DNA from: a bacterium
GTDB lineage: Bacteria; SM23-31
Assembly (NCBI GenBank): GCA_965249485.1
Contig: OZ252239.1
Coordinates: 3,456,001 to 3,520,000, forward strand
Length of the DNA: 64,000 nt
Direction: 5' to 3'
Shown: positions 20,806-29,878 of the stretch, one piece after another
Numbering within the stretch: the first letter of the stretch is position 1
How the letters are laid out: every line of letters starts with the position of its first letter
Notes under the pieces: generated by a model
What the model was told of the DNA's origin: nothing
What the model saw: only the letters and a program-made list of their open reading frames with translations
Databases searched by the model: none
Position numbers and translations under genes: made by a program

Positions 20806-21732
20806 TTACTTTTGAAATTCGTAAACCTGAGCAATATTCCTCCGCATACCCTCCCATTTACTCCGTTTTATCGGACTGTCCTTAAAGCGTTCTCTGAAAG
20901 AATCCTCGGTTAGCTGTTCAATCTTTTCGAGAACAGGAAATCTCATGTTCTCACGTTCAATAAACTCCGGATTATTGGTCGGTTCTGCGTTTTTGTTCCA
21001 GGGACACACTTCCTGGCAGATGTCGCAGCCAAACATCCAGTCCTGGTTTTGACCATGCCACTCTTGAGGATATTCACCCCTGTATTCAATAGTCCGGTAC
21101 GATATACACTGATTACTGTCGACGACACAATCATCAAGAATTGCATTTGTGGGACACGCATCAATACAGAGTGTGCATGTTCCGCAGTGGTCGGATGCTG
21201 GATCATCATACTCTAAGGTTGCAGTCGTAAGAATCTCACCGATAAAAAAGTAAGAGCCAATATCCTTCGCCAACACATTAGAGTGTTTCCCGATCCATCC
21301 GATCCCGGCTTTCTGTGCCCAGATCTTGTCTGCGACTGGTGCATCATCTACAGCATGGATACTATGAGCATCCGGATCAAGTACATTGAGATAGTCTTGC
21401 AATGACCCGAGCATCTCTTTTAACACAAAATGGTAATCGCGTCCTACTGCATACCGGGAAATCTGCCCTGAATCATCAGGGCGGGGCGGATCATCGGAAT
21501 AGTAGTTGACTGCTCCGACAATAATACTCTGAACACCCGGAAGATACTGCTCGGGATTACACCGCTTTTCCGCAGTCCGCTCCATCCAGTGCATCGTTGC
21601 CTGATAACCGTTATTCAACCAGTGTTCGAGAAATGCACTATCGAGTCTTTGGGATCGGGCAATACCAATTTTGTCAAAACCGAGGTCATATGCTCTGGAT
21701 TTTATTTTTTCCGTTAATTCTGCTGTTTTCAT
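20806..21732 (-). CDS. queG: tRNA epoxyqueuosine reductase
   Basis: SRYAVGRDYH, GIGWIGK, CGTCTLCIDACP, CISY, GCDICQEVCPWN; start placed at ATG 21732 (or 21738). Confidence 0.93.
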   Translation of the reverse strand: MKTAELTEKIKSRAYDLGFDKIGIARSQRLDSAFLEHWLNNGYQATMHWMERTAEKRCNPEQYLPGVQSIIVGAVNYYSDDPPRPDDSGQISRYAVGRDYHFVLKEMLGSLQDYLNVLDPDAHSIHAVDDAPVADKIWAQKAGIGWIGKHSNVLAKDIGSYFFIGEILTTATLEYDDPASDHCGTCTLCIDACPTNAILDDCVVDSNQCISYRTIEYRGEYPQEWHGQNQDWMFGCDICQEVCPWNKNAEPTNNPEFIERENMRFPVLEKIEQLTEDSFRERFKDSPIKRSKWEGMRRNIAQVYEFQK

Positions 21733-21920
21733 CAACATAAAAAACGAAGCATTATGTGCTTCGCTCTCTTGAAACGACCTCAATTTACTCTTGAAAATAC
21801 AAGTTAATTCGCACTGCTGTAAGTAAGGAGAATTAATATAAATTGCAAGTAATTTGATTGAGTCAATTGAGGAACCCAACACAAAAGATTAAAGCAAAGG
21901 TACGTAATCTAATAGTATAT

Positions 21921-21958
21921 AAAAAACCCCTGAATGGTATTATTCATCAGGGGTTTTT
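21921..21958 (-). terminator. Intrinsic terminator downstream of the proline dehydrogenase gene
   Basis: AAAAAACCCCTGA...TCAGGGGTTTTT. Confidence 0.65.
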
Positions 21959-22003
21959 ACACTCGTCTCTTTTAGTCGGGCATACTGCCAGTAACAGATA
22001 TAA

Positions 22004-22954
22004 TTATACAAACTTCTTAAGGCCTAATATACAGAGTGGGATGTCGAAAATGTTTGTCCAGTTCTCTGCTAAACGGCGTGTATAATATGGATACCAGTGT
22101 GTTCCCATGGGAACGGTCAAGCACATCCGGTATCCTTCGGCAACACAGGCTTTTAAAACTTCAGGCTTAGTGACGCCGTACACTCTTTGAAACTCAAACT
22201 GATGCTTTTCACGACCGTACTTCACTGCAAGTTCTTTCGCAAGTTTAATCAATTTTTGGTCATGCGTTGCTACCGAAGGATAGGTTCCGTCTTTCATAAG
22301 CATATCCAGACCTGCTGCATAGTTCTTGTTGATCTCATCTTTAACCTGATAAGCGACTTCGGGGGATTCAGCGTAAACACCTTTTGTCCAACGAATTCGA
22401 AATTTGTTTTCATTTATATATTCGAGGTCTTTTAATGTTCTTCTAAGATTAGCCTGAAATACCATGGCGAAGTTTGTATAACCCAGATCGTAGAAATGTC
22501 TGTGAATGTCGATCGTACCCTGAATCATATATGCAAATTCCATATCGATCCTGGTGAAAATCCCGTACTCCTTTGTCTTTTTCAATACTCTTTCTGTGTT
22601 TTTCTTGCACACTTCCAGGTCTATATCATATCCAAATTGAGTCAATTTTATAGAAATATGCGATTTTAATTTCTCCTGATGAATTCTCTCGATCAATTCC
22701 ATCCATACTTCCATGACAGGTTCAATATCTTCAACCTTTTCATGGCTTTCTCCGAGGAGAGTCGTTGTGGCGTAAACTCCGATAGAATTTAGATGTTTAA
22801 TTGCCCTGACTGCATCATCAATAGTAGGACCGCAAACCCATCTTTTTGCAAATCCGACAGAATAACCATATTTCTGTGCGACTTCCTGCAGCGACTTATT
22901 CTCCGCACACCATTTCAGAAAAGATTTCCATCTTTGCTTCACCCACGAACGCAT
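22004..22954 (-). CDS. Monofunctional proline dehydrogenase family protein with a variant active site
   Basis: SIKLTQ, RIDME, KGVYAE, VATHD, FEFQ, WYPYYTRRLAE. Confidence 0.88.
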   Translation of the reverse strand: MRSWVKQRWKSFLKWCAENKSLQEVAQKYGYSVGFAKRWVCGPTIDDAVRAIKHLNSIGVYATTTLLGESHEKVEDIEPVMEVWMELIERIHQEKLKSHISIKLTQFGYDIDLEVCKKNTERVLKKTKEYGIFTRIDMEFAYMIQGTIDIHRHFYDLGYTNFAMVFQANLRRTLKDLEYINENKFRIRWTKGVYAESPEVAYQVKDEINKNYAAGLDMLMKDGTYPSVATHDQKLIKLAKELAVKYGREKHQFEFQRVYGVTKPEVLKACVAEGYRMCLTVPMGTHWYPYYTRRLAENWTNIFDIPLCILGLKKFV

Positions 22955-23147
22955 ATAAACCTCCGATTAAATTAGATTATCATATATTTCCTTATAAGGT
23001 CTGAAAAATTAGTAGTAAAACTTGTAAATGTGATAAATCTACTCGTTAAAGTCCATTACATTTTTATATTTAATGTGCTTTATTAAACACTATAAACGGC
23101 TTATTAATCCGTATGTAAGGTTATGCATATGACATCCTGCCGAATAA

Positions 23148-23777
23148 TCAGGAAAGTGCTGCCAAAAACGGATTGCTTTTCCTTTCCTGGCCAATCGTCG
23201 TTGCAGGCCCGTGTCCGCAGTATGCATTCAGTGAATCGTCGAGTGTCAGCAGTTTTGTTTCTATTGAATGGAGCAGTACATCATAATCACCACCAGGCAG
23301 ATCTGTCCGGCCGATCGACCCGGCAAACAGGGTATCTCCGACAATAATATCTTCATCCGCAAGAAAACAAACCCCACCCGGTGAATGCCCCGGAGTATGA
23401 AGTACTTTGAGGCTGATATCCCCAATTGCAACAATATCACCTTCGTCTAAATAACTGTCTACTTTTGGTATTCCCTGTGTTGGAATACCATACTCGGCAG
23501 ACATGGCAGGAAGAGATTCAAGCAGCCACTCGTCAGATTCATGTAAAAAAAAAGGGAGTCCCAGCCGCTCTTGCAGTTCTTTCACACCGGCTAAATGGTC
23601 GACATGACCGTGGGTATTGATGATTTTTTCCGGCTCCAAATTTCGTTCAACCAGAGCATACAGTATTGTATCGATGTCGCCACCGGGATCGATTATAGCA
23701 GCTTTTCGTGTTAGTTCGGAGACAACGATGTAACAATTCATCACAAACGGGCCGATGACAAATGTTTCAATAATCAT
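23148..23777 (-). CDS. MBL-fold metallo-hydrolase (YcbL/glyoxalase II-like)
   Basis: THGHVDH, HTPGHSPG, GDTLF, GRTDLPGG, GHG. Confidence 0.9.
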   Translation of the reverse strand: MIIETFVIGPFVMNCYIVVSELTRKAAIIDPGGDIDTILYALVERNLEPEKIINTHGHVDHLAGVKELQERLGLPFFLHESDEWLLESLPAMSAEYGIPTQGIPKVDSYLDEGDIVAIGDISLKVLHTPGHSPGGVCFLADEDIIVGDTLFAGSIGRTDLPGGDYDVLLHSIETKLLTLDDSLNAYCGHGPATTIGQERKSNPFLAALS

Positions 23778-23834
23778 ATCATTATATTCATGCAATAAAT
23801 GTGGTTCAATACAACTATCACGCAATGTGTGGTA

Positions 23835-24467
23835 TTACCACTTCAATGCAACCGCCACTCCGTCTCTAATCGGTACAATAACAGAAATTACTTCCGAGGA
23901 TGTATGGATCATTTCATTGAATTTCAGGATCGCACGGCTGTTTTCATCGGGATTTTGCTCAAAAATCCTTCCACTCCACAACGCGTTATCTGCAATGAAT
24001 AAACCACCGGACCGGAGCTTCGGTAATGCGGCCTTAAATGCTTCGGGATAGGCATGTTTATCGATATCATTATAAATAATATCGAATTGGCCTTCCGTTT
24101 TGTTCAGCGATTCAATTGCATCTCCCTTCATGTAGGTGATCCTGCCCTTTGCTCCGAGCCGTTCAAAATATTCGTATCCTTTCGCAATATTTTCATCTGA
24201 AAAATCGGTACAGATAATTTCCCCTTCATTTTCAGGAAACGCTTTCAGAAACCATGCTGCAGAATATCCATATCCTGAACCGAGTTCAAACACTCTCATG
24301 GCATTAATGCTCTTTGCAAGAAGCAAAAGTAGTTTGCCGACCTCCGGTTCGACAAAGGGAAATTCTTTACTCTCCCCATATTCCTCCATCTCAACCAAAA
24401 CCGGATCTTCAACCTTTGTTAATTTCTTTAAATAGTCTGTAACCGTTGGGTCCAATATTGCCATCAT
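23835..24467 (-). CDS. Class I SAM-dependent O-methyltransferase
   Basis: FELGSGYGYS, DIDK, ADNALWSG, PIRDG. Confidence 0.88.
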   Translation of the reverse strand: MMAILDPTVTDYLKKLTKVEDPVLVEMEEYGESKEFPFVEPEVGKLLLLLAKSINAMRVFELGSGYGYSAAWFLKAFPENEGEIICTDFSDENIAKGYEYFERLGAKGRITYMKGDAIESLNKTEGQFDIIYNDIDKHAYPEAFKAALPKLRSGGLFIADNALWSGRIFEQNPDENSRAILKFNEMIHTSSEVISVIVPIRDGVAVALKW

Positions 24468-24501
24468 ATCCTCTCTGTCTGTGCATAAAATATTGCTATC
24501 A

Positions 24502-25371
24502 CTATGGTGCCGAATCGTCACCAACTAAGTGGCGCATAATTTTGATATTTTTTTTATAAAACTCCTCACCACCAGGAGTTTCGAGGAGCATCGGTTTTCC
24601 GATGTGGCGCTCATCATTGAGGAGTAGTTCAAATGCTTTTAAGCCAATACACCCATCCCCAAGATTATCATGACGGTCGACGCGAGTACCAAGCTCTTTT
24701 TTCGAATCGTTGACATGAAAACCATATACTTTGTCCAATCCTAATATATCGTCTACTATCTGCATTGTCTCCTTGTACAACTCTGCATCTCTTATATCGT
24801 ATCCTGCGGCAAAGATGTGAGCTGTGTCGATACAAATACCGACAGCATCCTGATTTTTGACAAGCCCGATTATATCCCTCAAATGTTCAAACTTGTAGCC
24901 GATGCTTGAGCCCTGCCCTGCTGTTGCCTCGAGTAGAAGCATCACAGGAGAATCCGAGCATTTGTCCATGCAGACGTTCATTGATTCGGCGATCATTTTC
25001 ACTCCCCATTCCTCACCATTTCCCAGATGTGCCCCCGGGTGAAAGTTGAGGTAGTCTGCCTTTAAAACATGTGCACGTTCAATCTCATCAATAAACGCTG
25101 CCCTGGATTTAGCGAGAATTTCCGGGTTTGGCGCACAAAGATTAATAAGATACGAATCGTGGATCATCACCGGACCGATACCTGATCGGGATTTTTCCTG
25201 ATGATATCGTTCGATTTCTTCATCGTCGAACGGCTTCGGTTTCCATTGCTTCTGATTTTTTGAAAAAATCTGCATCGCATCACAGCCGATATCTTCAGCA
25301 CGCTCGAACGCATTGCTGACACCGCCAGCCACTGATACATGACACCCAAATCTATAATTGTTTTTTGTCAT
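24502..25371 (-). CDS. nfo: Endonuclease IV
   Basis: HDSYLINL, FHPGAH, LLEATAG, CIDTAH, HVNDS, DRH, LETP. Confidence 0.95.
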   Translation of the reverse strand: MTKNNYRFGCHVSVAGGVSNAFERAEDIGCDAMQIFSKNQKQWKPKPFDDEEIERYHQEKSRSGIGPVMIHDSYLINLCAPNPEILAKSRAAFIDEIERAHVLKADYLNFHPGAHLGNGEEWGVKMIAESMNVCMDKCSDSPVMLLLEATAGQGSSIGYKFEHLRDIIGLVKNQDAVGICIDTAHIFAAGYDIRDAELYKETMQIVDDILGLDKVYGFHVNDSKKELGTRVDRHDNLGDGCIGLKAFELLLNDERHIGKPMLLETPGGEEFYKKNIKIMRHLVGDDSAP

Positions 25372-25403
25372 TATTTTCTCCAGAACCAAAGTTGAAAGCT
25401 TTA

Positions 25404-25432
25404 ATGTTAGAGAAATAGGGTCAAAAAGTCAA
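25404..25432 (-). promoter_or_regulatory. Sigma-70 type promoter for nfo
   Basis: Minus strand TTGACT-N17-TAACAT about 30 nt before ATG 25371. Confidence 0.5.
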
Positions 25433-25543
25433 GCCGAAACTCAGGGCAAATCGAAAGAGCGTTTGGAAAAATTATTTGAATTCGGTATCTTGAATTTTAA
25501 CAGTAATTATATAATTTTTGAAATGAATTTCCGGAGGAATTTG

Positions 25544-26725
25544 ATGATGATCAATCGGAGATCAGCTACCCTTGCGATTCATGGTAATAAAGACCTGCGC
25601 GGAAAAAGTGAACCGGTATCACAGCCGATGTACCACACATCGACCTACACCTTTCCCGATTCCGATGCAGTCGAAGGGTACATGAAACGTGGAGAACGGA
25701 AACATTATATCTATCAGCGGTATGGGAATCCGTCTCAGGATATTCTCGAACAGAGAATGGCGCTCCTCGAAGATGCAGAAGATTCCTTATTTTTATCTTC
25801 GGGAATGGCAGCTATAACAACTGCGATACTCACAGCTCTTACAGATGGCGGCGAAGTTCTGGCACCATCTGCATTGTATGGTACAACAGTACGATTTTTA
25901 AAAGAAGAATTACCGCACTGGGGTTCTTCAATACGGTTTGTAACGTTCAATAGTTTATATAACCTCGAAGAAACTGTCTTACCGGAGACAAAGCTTGTTT
26001 ATTTTGAAACACCGACAAATCCCAATTTACATCTTGTCGATATTGTACGTGTTGCAAATCAGGCACATGATCTCGGCATTGCGGTCATAATCGACAATAC
26101 ATTTGCCTCACCGATCAATCAGCGACCGCTGCAGTTAGGAGCTGATGTGGTAGTGCACAGTGCAACAAAATACCTCGGCGGCCATAGTGACGTGCTTGCC
26201 GGAACGATCGTTGGGAAGAAAGAATTCATTCAACAGTGTCGAGACAGGAGCAGGTTATACGGACCGGTTATTGATCCATTTAATGTCTTTCTTCTGCTTC
26301 GGAGTATGGGAACGCTCGAAGTAAGGGTGCGGCGGCACAACGAAAACGCAATGAAACTCGCTTTATTCCTCCAATCGCATCCGAACGTAAAAACTGTCCA
26401 CTATCCCGGTCTGTCGGAAAATCCATATCATGAAATTGCCGGCAGGCAGATGCTGGGTTTCGGAGGCATGGTCACATTCGAAGTAATTAGCGGGCAAGCA
26501 GAGGCCATGCGTGTTGTTGATAGTCTGGAAATCGGATTTAACGCAACCAGCCTTGGAGGAATCGAAACACTTGTCAGCATTCCGGTCATAACATCGCAAT
26601 CAATGATGACGGCTGAAGAACTTGAAAAGGCCCAGGTTACACCGTCAATGATCCGGGTTTCGGTCGGACTTGAAGATGTCGAGGATGTGAAAGAAGATTT
26701 CAATAATTCCCTAAATATGATATAA
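25544..26725 (+). CDS. Cys/Met metabolism PLP enzyme (cystathionine gamma-synthase/methionine gamma-lyase family)
   Basis: YQRYGNP, SSGMAAI, DNTFASP, HSATKYLGGH (PLP Lys), TSLGG, IRVSVGLED. Confidence 0.9.
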   Translation: MMINRRSATLAIHGNKDLRGKSEPVSQPMYHTSTYTFPDSDAVEGYMKRGERKHYIYQRYGNPSQDILEQRMALLEDAEDSLFLSSGMAAITTAILTALTDGGEVLAPSALYGTTVRFLKEELPHWGSSIRFVTFNSLYNLEETVLPETKLVYFETPTNPNLHLVDIVRVANQAHDLGIAVIIDNTFASPINQRPLQLGADVVVHSATKYLGGHSDVLAGTIVGKKEFIQQCRDRSRLYGPVIDPFNVFLLLRSMGTLEVRVRRHNENAMKLALFLQSHPNVKTVHYPGLSENPYHEIAGRQMLGFGGMVTFEVISGQAEAMRVVDSLEIGFNATSLGGIETLVSIPVITSQSMMTAEELEKAQVTPSMIRVSVGLEDVEDVKEDFNNSLNMI

Positions 26726-26733
26726 GATTCCTG

Positions 26734-26762
26734 TTGACAATAATTATTAAAATTGCTATTTT
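26734..26762 (+). promoter_or_regulatory. Sigma-70 promoter of tRNA-Asn
   Basis: TTGACA-N17-TATTTT with an extended -10 TG. Confidence 0.65.
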
Positions 26763-26784
26763 TAGGACTTCAAAAATTGAGCAT

Positions 26785-26857
26785 TCCTCGGTAGCTCAAT
26801 TGGCAGAGCGGGTGACTGTTAATCACTAGGTTGTAGGTTCGAGTCCTACCCGAGGAG
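26785..26857 (+). tRNA. tRNA-Asn (GTT), CCA not encoded
   Basis: Cloverleaf: TCCTCGG/CCGAGGA acceptor stem, GCTC/GAGC D-stem, GGTGA-CTGTTAA-TCACT anticodon arm, GTAGG-TTCGAGT-CCTAC T-arm. Confidence 0.97.
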
Positions 26858-26870
26858 CTTCAAAAAAGAC

Positions 26871-26904
26871 AAGCACTTACATGCATAATGTGAGTGCTTT
26901 TTTT
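26871..26904 (+). terminator. Intrinsic terminator after the tRNA
   Basis: AAGCACTTACA-N7-TGTGAGTGCTT followed by a T-tract. Confidence 0.7.
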
Positions 26905-27154
26905 ATGCCATTAACTAATTTTCAATATTGAATATTGTAGTGGATTTTTGCATTTAGCAAATATAAGAAGCAAATCCACGAATTATTTGTATATTCAAAA
27001 ACTACAATTCTCAATTCAATCGTAATTGATATTAAAGCATGTCGAGACAAAAAGCTATGAATTTGGATTTGTTCAAGTATCTTACGAAGTTAGAACGGAA
27101 ATTTAGAAAAACTCACTATTGAATAATTTGTTATATGACTAGGAATACAATCTG

Positions 27155-27553
27155 ATGAAAGCAACACTAAAATTTATTGGGCATATCAACACTCCTTATA
27201 AAGCAATAAAGGATTGCCCGAATAATGTCGACCTAAATGGCCCTCTTTGCCATATGGTAGTTCATAATGAATTTATAAACGGCTTGTCAGGGCTACAGGC
27301 GGGTCAGAAAATACTAATTCTATATTGGTTTGCAAATACAGATAGGAATGCAACAGAAGAGAAATCTCATACAAGTAAAGAGGTGTTAGGCACCTTTGCA
27401 TTAAGGTCACCACATAGACCTAATCCTATCGGTGCTACTGTTCTGCCCATTGAATCAATTGATAATGGAGTAGTTTCTGTAAAAGGGCTTGATTGTCTAA
27501 ATGGAACTCATTTATTAGATATCAAACCTGCAATAATGCAACAAAACACATAG
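27155..27553 (+). CDS. TsaA/TrmO-like SAM-binding methyltransferase domain protein
   Basis: IGHINTPY, GTFALRSPHRPNPIG, GLDCLNGTHLLDIKP. Confidence 0.85.
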   Translation: MKATLKFIGHINTPYKAIKDCPNNVDLNGPLCHMVVHNEFINGLSGLQAGQKILILYWFANTDRNATEEKSHTSKEVLGTFALRSPHRPNPIGATVLPIESIDNGVVSVKGLDCLNGTHLLDIKPAIMQQNT

Positions 27554-27676
27554 CAAGGTAGTTCATTTATTTAATATTGTTTGTGGAATTATGCTAGTAT
27601 CAATGCTTTATTTTTTCTCATCTAATCAAGGTAATAAAACAGGTCAAAGTCACCAATATCGTTAATTACAAACACA

Positions 27677-27934
27677 TTATTGAAGAGTATTAAAAATTGT
27701 GGATCTATGTATCTTTAAGACATTCAAAACCTGCGTAACTCATGCTCTAGACAACCCCAGTTTTCTTGCTAAATCAGCCTGACTCCCCACTTCCCCGCTC
27801 TCGATCATCCCCTTGTATTTCAGGGCTACATCAATTATCAAAGGCTTTGATTTGCGTAGTTCATACAGCCTTAACTCCCTCTTTGATGGTTTCTTTCCGG
27901 GAGTCAAATCTAACGGTTTTTGCCTAAAATTCAT
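27677..27934 (-). pseudogene. Small HTH protein remnant (copy 1)
   Basis: GEVGSQADLARKLGLSRA*VTQVLNVLKI; TGA at 27740-27742 within the recognition helix. Confidence 0.65.
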
Positions 27935-28169
27935 TAATTGACGGTTACCGCAAAAGCTTATAAAGTATTGTTGTACAATAACATAGAAGAGAATAAATTG
28001 GTTCGTATTTTGTCCAGCACGGGGAGCAAGCTTCGCTTGTTGTTATAACCAATTGTTATTATTTAAGATAGCAATGGGTTTTCTTTATGAAGTGTAAAAC
28101 GTTGTGGGATTCGGGAATGAGTATTTTATATTCCGGTTCCATTCAAACACCCAAATAAATCGTTTATTC

Positions 28170-29228
28170 TTAAACGTGCTGTTTATAAGCCTGCTCATGG
28201 TTAAGCAAATACTGCTTGCGAGTCAATCCGCCGCCGTATCCGACCAGACTGCCGTTCTCTCCGATAATCCTGTGGCATGGAATGACAATGGATATTTTAT
28301 TATCGCCATTTGCTTTCCCAACTGCTCTGACTGCTTTGGGATTTCCCAACAGTTCAGCCTGCCTCTTATAGGAACGGGTTTCCCCGAACGGAATCCTGGT
28401 TAACAGTTTCCAGACTTGTTGCTGAAATGGTGTGCCGCTTAAAACAAGCGGAATTGTGAATTTCTGCCGTATTCCGTCAAAATACTCTCTTATCTGCGTA
28501 TCCAATTCACTAAAATGAACAGACGATCCTGGCATAATTTCAGCATTTAATTGTTTTCTGAGCCTGTTCAATTGTGTCTGAAGCATTCGCCTGTCAATGA
28601 ATTCCAGCAAGCATAATCCATCTTCGGTTGCTCCCGCAAGCATCGGTCCTAAAGGTGTCAGGATTCTCGTAACTTTTACTATCTGGTTCTGCATGCTCTT
28701 TTTCGGAGAATATCCGGTAGTTTTTTTATAAATATCGGTGAATCCGCTTAACGATTCATAACCGGAATCATAAGCGACTTCGATAACCTTATCGCCATAT
28801 TTCAATCTGCCGAATGCATCACTTATTTTGAGTGTCCGTAAGTATAGGTGAAAAGTCATACCGTATTGCTTCTTAAACCATCTGCGTACTCTGTTCGGAT
28901 CGATTCCCATCTCAATTACATGCCAATCTGTTATCTTCAGATTCGGTTCATCGCTGATTTTTTTAATAAGCGGATTCATCCAGGACGGCATTTCCCCTGC
29001 CTGTTCAGTTGGTTTGCACAATTTACACGGCCGGTAACCCAATTGGACCGCATCACGGATAGAATGTACAAATTCAATATTTTCAAAATTGGGAGTCCGC
29101 GCTTTACATGTCGGACGGCAGAATATTCCTGTAGTTTTAACCGCAATATAAAACAATCCCTCGTAACTGCTGTCCTTGTTCAGATATGCCTGATACATTA
29201 TTTTATTGTCGAGTTCCAATGCAACCAT
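28170..29228 (-). CDS. ada: Bifunctional Ada regulator / O6-methylguanine-DNA methyltransferase
   Basis: TTGIFCRPTC and YRPCKLC Zn domain, AraC-type HTH, IPCHR active site. Confidence 0.93.
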   Translation of the reverse strand: MVALELDNKIMYQAYLNKDSSYEGLFYIAVKTTGIFCRPTCKARTPNFENIEFVHSIRDAVQLGYRPCKLCKPTEQAGEMPSWMNPLIKKISDEPNLKITDWHVIEMGIDPNRVRRWFKKQYGMTFHLYLRTLKISDAFGRLKYGDKVIEVAYDSGYESLSGFTDIYKKTTGYSPKKSMQNQIVKVTRILTPLGPMLAGATEDGLCLLEFIDRRMLQTQLNRLRKQLNAEIMPGSSVHFSELDTQIREYFDGIRQKFTIPLVLSGTPFQQQVWKLLTRIPFGETRSYKRQAELLGNPKAVRAVGKANGDNKISIVIPCHRIIGENGSLVGYGGGLTRKQYLLNHEQAYKQHV

Positions 29229-29340
29229 TTTTCCAATCCCGTTTTTAAGCTAATATTTTCTGACTTTAATTGCGATATAAAGTAAATCAATATTTTGTGC
29301 ATTTCAACCGGAAAATTGTCACTCTTATTATAATTTTTCA

Positions 29341-29450
29341 CATTGATGTGTTTGTTCAGCTTCAATCTTCAGCGTTTTCAAAACCTGTGTAACTCTCGCT
29401 CTTGACAAACTTTGCTTTCATGAAAGTTCTGCCTGGCTCGCAACTTCACC
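29341..29450 (-). pseudogene. Small HTH protein remnant (copy 2)
   Basis: Not in the ORF track; translates GEVASQAELS*KQSLSRARVTQVLKTLKI with TGA at 29418-29420. Confidence 0.6.
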
Positions 29451-29878
29451 CAAGTACTAAACATCTATACATTTAATGTAAAAATATTCTATTTACATTG
29501 GCTACTTTTCTTCTTATTATTTCTAACTTAATAGGTTATTGCCCTAATTTCATTGCACTAATTCACGTAATATACGTGCTATACCGAAATTATGTAATAA
29601 TCAGCTAAGAACTTCATTTCCGTACCGGATCCCGACTTTGAGTATGTTGTAGCAGGCCACCAGGAGGCTAATGATTACCTGGTGGAATCCGCTGGCAATC
29701 CGATCATTGCTTCAAAATGACAAAACGATAAACCAGCAGTTGAGTCGCACCGAAACAATTACAGAATCACAGTTTTATAACCTCACGTAATCTAAGGACC
29801 ATAAATTTATTAATCGGTATGAGGCACATTCTTGAAACCAGAAGCAAGTCGAATATGTGAAATCATTAAAGTTACAGC

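Noticed and set aside
706..26703. Many antisense or alternate-frame ORFs overlapping the nuo genes, dxs, pepA and others
   Set aside because: They shadow well-supported genes and lack motifs or an RBS
27965..28055. TAAC...GTTATAAC segment as an attC site
   Set aside because: Core-like ends, but no convincing internal pairing and no cassette ORF in the right orientation
27740..29420. Selenocysteine or recoded TGA in the HTH remnants
   Set aside because: The stops fall at positions that are Arg in the other copy, differ between copies, and TGA ends normal genes here
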